This document shows positions 58,810 to 64,000 of a DNA stretch of 64,000 nt, one piece after another. Source of the stretch: an uncultured Prolixibacteraceae bacterium (GTDB lineage Bacteria; Bacteroidota; Bacteroidia; Bacteroidales; FEN-979); the NCBI GenBank assembly GCA_964642545.1, contig CAZXQU010000002.1, positions 27,321 to 91,320 on the forward strand, read 5' to 3'. The notes under the pieces are model-generated. The model was not told the DNA's origin. It made no database searches and saw only the letters and a program-made list of their open reading frames with translations. Within the stretch, counting starts at the first letter, position 1; each line of letters opens with the position of its first letter. The position numbers were made by a program, and so were the translations under genes.

Positions 58810-60945
58810 TTAATCCTCGTCCTGCTCCTCTTCTTCGTAAGCTTTCAGGAGTTTATCCTGAACATCAGCAGGGACCTGCACATACTCGGCAAACTTCATG
58901 TCGTAGGTAGCCCGTCCGCTGGTCAGCGAGCTGAGGGCAGTAGAGTATCGGTTCATTTCAGCAAGAGGGACTTTGGCTTTGATTTTCTGGTAGTTTCCTT
59001 CGCTGTCCATCCCCATGATCAGGGCGCGACGCCCCTGCAAGTCGGTCATCACCTCACCCATCTTCTCTTCCGGAACGATCACCTCCACATCATAAATCGG
59101 TTCAAGGATCTTTGGTCCGGCATTTTTAAAGGCTTCCTTGAAGGCATTTCTTCCGGCAAGCTTGAAAGAGATCTCGTTTGAATCAACCGGGTGCATCTTC
59201 CCGTCATAAATATTGAAAATGATATCACGGGCATAGGATCCTGTAAGTGGGCCCTCTTCCATCTTCTCCATGACACCTTTGAGGATAGCCGGCATAAATC
59301 GCGAATCAATGGCACCACCAACGACACAGGTGTGCATAATAAGTTTGCCGCCCCACTCCAGTTCAATGGTATCACGTCCGCGGATCGGGAATTCAGTCTG
59401 GTCGGCCATCCCCTCCTTGTATGGCTGGATCATCATGTGAACCTCACCAAACTGTCCGGAGCCACCTGATTGTTTCTTATGGCGATAGGTTGCTTTTGCT
59501 GATTTGGTAATCGTCTCCCTATAGGCTATTCTTGGTGCCAGATACTCGATGGGAATCTTCTCAATATTTTCAATAAGCCATTTCACCAAGTTGAGATGAA
59601 GCTCTCCCTGTCCTTGAAGAATCAATTGTTTCAACTCTTTTGAGAAGCCGAAAAGCAGCGTTGGATCCATCTTGGCAAGCTCATTCAGGGTAGCACCCAT
59701 TTTCTCGTCATCGTTGGTACTTTTTGCTTTTACTGCAACCCGGAACTTTGGATTTGGATAGGTCGTGGGTTCAATGATATCATCCGGATTCTTTAATGAA
59801 TTCAGGGTATTATTGGTGAATGCGGCTTTCAGTTTAATGGTTGCACCGATGTCGCCAGCAACAAATTTTTCCACTTTATCCCGGTTCTTCCCGTTGATCA
59901 CAAAAAGCTGAGTAATCCGCTCTTTCGAGTTCCGGTTGCCATTCACCATGTCCTGGCTCTCTGTAACCTCACCGCCATAAACCTTGAAATAGGAAATCTC
60001 GCCAAGATGAGTCTCAATGGCAGTCTTGAAAATATAGAGGGAAGTAGGATCGGACACCTTGCAGGTAAGAACTTTTCCTTCCTTCGTTTTAACGCCCGGC
60101 ATCTCGTTCGGAGCAGGCACCGCATTGGCAATAAATTCGAGAAGCCTGCTAACACCAATGTCGTGCTTGGAACTGACGCACATCACCGGGAAAATTGAAC
60201 GTGTGGAAAGGCCCATCTGCAGTGCTTTGTTGATCTGCTCTTCGGTAAGAGTGCCTTTATCGAAAAACTCCTCCATGAGGGCTTCATCCTTGGATGCCAA
60301 CTCTTCAATCAACGCAGAATTCATCTCCTCAGCCTTGTCTTTTTCTTCAGCAGGAATGTCAAGGATCTCAGCTTTTCCTCCACCCTGAGGATACTTATAG
60401 AGCTTCATCTTCAGAAGATCGATAATGGAATTGAATCCGTTCCCCTGGTTTACCGGATATTGAATAACCGTCACAAAGTTTCCAAACTGCTGCTTCATCT
60501 GACGAACAGTCTCATCAAAATTGGAAAGTTCAACATCAAGGTGGTTTGCAACAAATACTACCGGTTTCTCCATGCTGTTTGCGTACCTCCACGTGATCTC
60601 TGTCCCAACTTCGACCCCATTCTGGGCATTCACCACCATCAAAGCTGTATCTACAACCCTGAGTGACGAGATTACCTCTCCAATAAAATCATCAAAACCG
60701 GGTGTGTCAATGATATTAATCTTCTTGTTTTCAAAAAGTGTGTATAAGATTGAAGCAGAAACCGAATTCTGTCTTTCCAGCTCAATCGGACGATAGTCTG
60801 ATACTGTATTCTTGTCATCCACACTTCCTCTGCGATTGATCACACCGCCTTCAAAAATCATCGCCTCAGCAAGGGTAGTTTTGCCTGATTTAGCACCGCC
60901 AATCAGCGCAATGTTCCGGATCTCATTCGTCTGAAATACCTTCAT
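58810..60945 (-). CDS. fusA2: Elongation factor G paralog (EF-G2 type)
   Basis: Five-domain EF-G layout (GQGELHL, YRETI, HKKQSGGSGQ, ILEPI); divergent G motifs GGAKSGKTT, DTPGFDDF and NHLD. TAACTTTG box on - at 61001-61008. Confidence 0.9.
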   Translation of the reverse strand: MKVFQTNEIRNIALIGGAKSGKTTLAEAMIFEGGVINRRGSVDDKNTVSDYRPIELERQNSVSASILYTLFENKKINIIDTPGFDDFIGEVISSLRVVDTALMVVNAQNGVEVGTEITWRYANSMEKPVVFVANHLDVELSNFDETVRQMKQQFGNFVTVIQYPVNQGNGFNSIIDLLKMKLYKYPQGGGKAEILDIPAEEKDKAEEMNSALIEELASKDEALMEEFFDKGTLTEEQINKALQMGLSTRSIFPVMCVSSKHDIGVSRLLEFIANAVPAPNEMPGVKTKEGKVLTCKVSDPTSLYIFKTAIETHLGEISYFKVYGGEVTESQDMVNGNRNSKERITQLFVINGKNRDKVEKFVAGDIGATIKLKAAFTNNTLNSLKNPDDIIEPTTYPNPKFRVAVKAKSTNDDEKMGATLNELAKMDPTLLFGFSKELKQLILQGQGELHLNLVKWLIENIEKIPIEYLAPRIAYRETITKSAKATYRHKKQSGGSGQFGEVHMMIQPYKEGMADQTEFPIRGRDTIELEWGGKLIMHTCVVGGAIDSRFMPAILKGVMEKMEEGPLTGSYARDIIFNIYDGKMHPVDSNEISFKLAGRNAFKEAFKNAGPKILEPIYDVEVIVPEEKMGEVMTDLQGRRALIMGMDSEGNYQKIKAKVPLAEMNRYSTALSSLTSGRATYDMKFAEYVQVPADVQDKLLKAYEEEEQDED

Positions 60946-61026
60946 GGTAATGAATAAATTTACGTATGTACTTGATTAATATTAATTTCGAAAAGGGGTA
61001 CAAAGTTACAAGGATAAATTTAAATT

Positions 61027-62004
61027 TCAAAGGATTCTCTCTTTCAACATCTCCCATGTTGCAACTGGCATCTTGGCGCCGAGTTCCTCAATGATATGTC
61101 CAGCCAGAAGAGCCCCGGCTTCCCCGCACTTCACAAGTGGCCAACCCAGGGAGTGGCCATAGAGGAACCCTGCTGCATAGAGGTCGCCGGCACCAGTGGT
61201 ATCAATGGGATTCACCTGGATAATGCCAATTTCAGTGACCACCTCCTGCGACTTCACCATGGATCCGTTGCTGCCGGTTTTCACAACTGCAACTTCACAA
61301 AATTGCGCAATGTGATGCAAAGCCTTCTCAGGTTCATACCCTGTAAATGCTTTTGCTTCCTCCTCATTGGCAAATACAATATCAACGTGTTTCTTCACGA
61401 TTTCTTCCAGAAATTCCAGATTCGCCTCCACCACATTATAACTGGACAGGTCGAGAGATACCAGTAATCCATTTTTCTTGGCCAGCTCAACTGCAGCTCT
61501 GATCAGGTCATGATTTTGTACCAGGTAACCCTCGATGTGGAGGTAGTCATAATTGGGAAAGATGCCGGATGCCAGATGCCGGATGCCGGATGCCGAAAGT
61601 TCGATGGCTGCTCCAAGATAGGTAGCAAATGTGCGCTCTGAGTCCGGAGTGATGAGGGTGATGGCTCGTCCGGTATCGGTATCGCTCTGAATAAGAAAAG
61701 GTGTTACCCCTGCATCACGCATATCTTTCTCAAAGGATTTACCAAATTCGTCCCGGCCAATTACTCCGATATATCCGGTAGGTGCGCCCAGCATTCCCAA
61801 ACCATGAATGGTGTTAGCGGAAGATCCTCCTGCTGCCAGGCTGTATGGCACATCTTTCAGCGCCATCAATATTTCATCACTTCGTTCTCTGTTAACCAGT
61901 TGCATACTGCCTTTAGGCAGGTTGAGCTGCTCCAGAAGGGTTTCATCCTCAATCCGGATTAAAATATCAACAAGTGCATTCCCAATGCCGAGAATTTTCT
62001 TCAT
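61027..62004 (-). CDS. PfkB family adenosine/carbohydrate kinase
   Basis: GIGNALVD, GGSSANT, FANEEEA and DTTGAGD. Start moved to ATG 62004. Confidence 0.92.
   Translation of the reverse strand: MKKILGIGNALVDILIRIEDETLLEQLNLPKGSMQLVNRERSDEILMALKDVPYSLAAGGSSANTIHGLGMLGAPTGYIGVIGRDEFGKSFEKDMRDAGVTPFLIQSDTDTGRAITLITPDSERTFATYLGAAIELSASGIRHLASGIFPNYDYLHIEGYLVQNHDLIRAAVELAKKNGLLVSLDLSSYNVVEANLEFLEEIVKKHVDIVFANEEEAKAFTGYEPEKALHHIAQFCEVAVVKTGSNGSMVKSQEVVTEIGIIQVNPIDTTGAGDLYAAGFLYGHSLGWPLVKCGEAGALLAGHIIEELGAKMPVATWEMLKERIL
61561..61595 (-). repeat. Five GATGCCG/A heptamers inside the PfkB kinase gene
   Basis: GATGCCG GATGCCA GATGCCG GATGCCG GATGCCG encodes SASGIRHLASGI. Confidence 0.9.
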
Positions 62005-62114
62005 TTTGTACTTTTTTTGCAAATGTAGGCATTCACGGGACATCGCAAAAAGTTTGGTTCAGTTGAAATAAAGAGAGGATTTTTTCGTACTTATTTGGAC
62101 TATGTATTAATAAC

Positions 62115-63047
62115 ATGATTAAAAGACTCATCTATAGTTTCCCTTTACTTTTGTTATCCCTTTCGGGATGCGCACAGAATCAGACAAATATCGAAATGGC
62201 TAACAAGAAACTAACGCCTGAAGAAGAACATGTGATTCTTTATAAAGGCACGGAGAGACCCTATTCTGGAACCTATTATAACTTCTTTCAAAGAGGGTCA
62301 TACATTTGTAAATTATGTGAGGCTCCCTTGTACGAATCCACGGCAAAATTTGATGCCGGTTGTGGTTGGCCTTCGTTTGATGATGAAATCCCCGGTGCTG
62401 TTAAACACCAACTGGATGCAGATGGACACCGGACTGAGATTCTCTGTGCAAGTTGCAGAGCACATCTTGGACACGTATTTGAAGGCGAGGGGTTCACTTC
62501 AAAAAATACGCGTCATTGTGTCAACTCCATATCGATAGTGTTTGTTCCCGAAAAAAATATTGGGTTAACCGACACGGCAATTTTTGCAGGAGGCTGCTTC
62601 TGGGGGGTTGAATATTATCTGCAGAAGGCTTCGGGCGTCATGTCAGTTGAGTCGGGGTACATTGGTGGGAATGTTGAAAATCCCACCTACCAAGAGGTTT
62701 GCTCAGGCACCACCGGTCATTATGAAGCAGTCGAAGTGACCTTCGATCCTTCACGGATCAGTTTTGAGGAATTGACAAAACTCTTTTTCGAGATTCATGA
62801 TCCTACGCAATATAACCATCAGGGTCCTGATGTAGGAGAGCAATACCGGTCTGCAGTTTTTGTCCGAAATGAAGATCAAAAAGAGATCACTGAAAAACTC
62901 ATTGGGATTCTGAAAGAGAAAGGGTTTAAGGTTGTCACCGAGGTCAAGCCGGCATCAGCATTTTATAAAGCAGAGAACTACCACCAGGACTTTTACGAAC
63001 ACAAAGGCTCCACGCCCTATTGTCACGGCTATACCAAGAGGTTCTAG
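62115..63047 (+). CDS. msrAB: Bifunctional methionine sulfoxide reductase MsrB-MsrA, predicted lipoprotein
   Basis: Lipobox LSGC; MsrB GTERP, CGWPSF, HLGHVF and RHCVNS; MsrA GGCFWG and AENYHQ. Confidence 0.93.
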   Translation: MIKRLIYSFPLLLLSLSGCAQNQTNIEMANKKLTPEEEHVILYKGTERPYSGTYYNFFQRGSYICKLCEAPLYESTAKFDAGCGWPSFDDEIPGAVKHQLDADGHRTEILCASCRAHLGHVFEGEGFTSKNTRHCVNSISIVFVPEKNIGLTDTAIFAGGCFWGVEYYLQKASGVMSVESGYIGGNVENPTYQEVCSGTTGHYEAVEVTFDPSRISFEELTKLFFEIHDPTQYNHQGPDVGEQYRSAVFVRNEDQKEITEKLIGILKEKGFKVVTEVKPASAFYKAENYHQDFYEHKGSTPYCHGYTKRF

Positions 63048-63100
63048 AAACAAAGATTGAAAAAATAACCTGTTATTGCTACTTTTCATAATTTTGAAGA

Positions 63101-63697
63101 GTGGCTTCAGATCCCCATACCAATATCCCGGCCCGGTTCAAAACCTGGAACTTCCCTCTGATCATGCAGGGATGGATTTTTTTCCTGGTAATTCTCTTTT
63201 TTCAATTGATCTGGGAAAATTTTGAAAACGAAATTGATACGTTCCCACCTCTTGCCTTCATCAGTGATTCGATTGGAGGTTTCTTGCTGACTATCACCCC
63301 AAAAATAGTCAATCCCTTTGTTGAAGGCGATATTATCCAGGATGGCACTAGTCTGATCCTGCCAAACGGGCTGTATATAAATTATTTTTTTTCTCTCTCT
63401 GGGGTTAAGCAGATGTGTCTGGTAATCAGCCTGATCGTTATTGCCCAGGGAGCCTGGAAGAAAAAGGCATGGTTTATCCCTTTCGCCCTTATAATTATCC
63501 AGATCACTGTTCTTGTCCGATTTTTCGTATTAACTCTCAATTGTACGGCTTACCCCGAACGGTTGAATCTGTTGAAAAATGTTTTCTTTGCGCCTCTTTT
63601 CTATTTTGAAATACTGATAATATGGATGGTCTGGGTACTGCTTATTGCAAAAACTGCCAGCCTGAGAAATTATAATTCGTCCAGCAAAAAGAGTTAA
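63101..63697 (+). CDS. Exosortase/archaeosortase-like membrane protein, apparently lacking the catalytic Cys
   Basis: Multi-TM; SGVKQM...GAWKKKAWFIP...VR pattern resembles Bacteroidota exosortase-family proteins. Confidence 0.55.
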   Translation: MASDPHTNIPARFKTWNFPLIMQGWIFFLVILFFQLIWENFENEIDTFPPLAFISDSIGGFLLTITPKIVNPFVEGDIIQDGTSLILPNGLYINYFFSLSGVKQMCLVISLIVIAQGAWKKKAWFIPFALIIIQITVLVRFFVLTLNCTAYPERLNLLKNVFFAPLFYFEILIIWMVWVLLIAKTASLRNYNSSSKKS

Positions 63698-63999
63698 TTA
63701 CCGGCACTCCGTAGCTGTGGCACCTTGATTTTGTCATCTTTCGACAAACCGGATAACACTTCGATTTTAATTCCATCCGATAATCCGGTTTTTATCATCC
63801 GCTTTTCATACTGTTGTGGGCCAACTTCCACCTCCACAAACGTTGAATCATTTTCAAACTGTAACAGGCTCTCATTGATCGCCATCACCTCGTTTGCCCG
63901 CTGGAGCACGATGTCGGCATTGGCACTGTATCCGGCCCGGATGAACTGGTCGGTTTTCAAATCTACATCAGCTTTGATTTCAAACTGTACAGCACCGTT
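63694..63999 (-). CDS. Efflux periplasmic adaptor (MacA/HlyD-like), C-terminal part; continues beyond the window
   Basis: Frame open to the window edge: GAVQFEIKA...IRAGYSANA...IKTGLSDGIKIEVLSGL. Confidence 0.85.
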   Translation of the reverse strand, partial: NGAVQFEIKADVDLKTDQFIRAGYSANADIVLQRANEVMAINESLLQFENDSTFVEVEVGPQQYEKRMIKTGLSDGIKIEVLSGLSKDDKIKVPQLRSAGN

Positions 64000-64000
64000 T

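Noticed and set aside
62115-63047. Possible selenocysteine recoding in Msr
   Set aside because: The ORF is continuous with Cys at the catalytic positions and has no in-frame TGA.

Overview
A gene-dense window from a Bacteroidota (Bacteroidales-like, probably anaerobic) chromosome. The assignment rests on porZ-recO, type IX secretion (T9SS) C-terminal domains and many TAnnTTTG -7 promoter boxes. Most genes are housekeeping, envelope or metabolic: lysS, tyrS, cysS, mltD, a TetR/TolC/HlyD/ABC efflux operon, GH92, S8 and M2/M3 peptidases, icmF, EF-G2 and msrBA. I saw no rRNA, tRNA, CRISPR array, transposase or prophage gene. Three things stand out. (1) A compact operon kbl-acpS-acs-ACP-kbl2-thioredoxin (50373-55834) looks like a carrier-protein-dependent acetyl/alpha-oxoamine synthase pathway. 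(2) A dispersed family of 7-, 8- and 9-bp tandem repeats fills spacers and also lies in frame inside cysS, tyrS, a PfkB kinase and the acpS tail. (3) Several paralogs have altered catalytic motifs: a butyrate kinase-like protein, an exosortase-like protein and EF-G2. All functional calls come from recognising motifs by eye; no searches were run.
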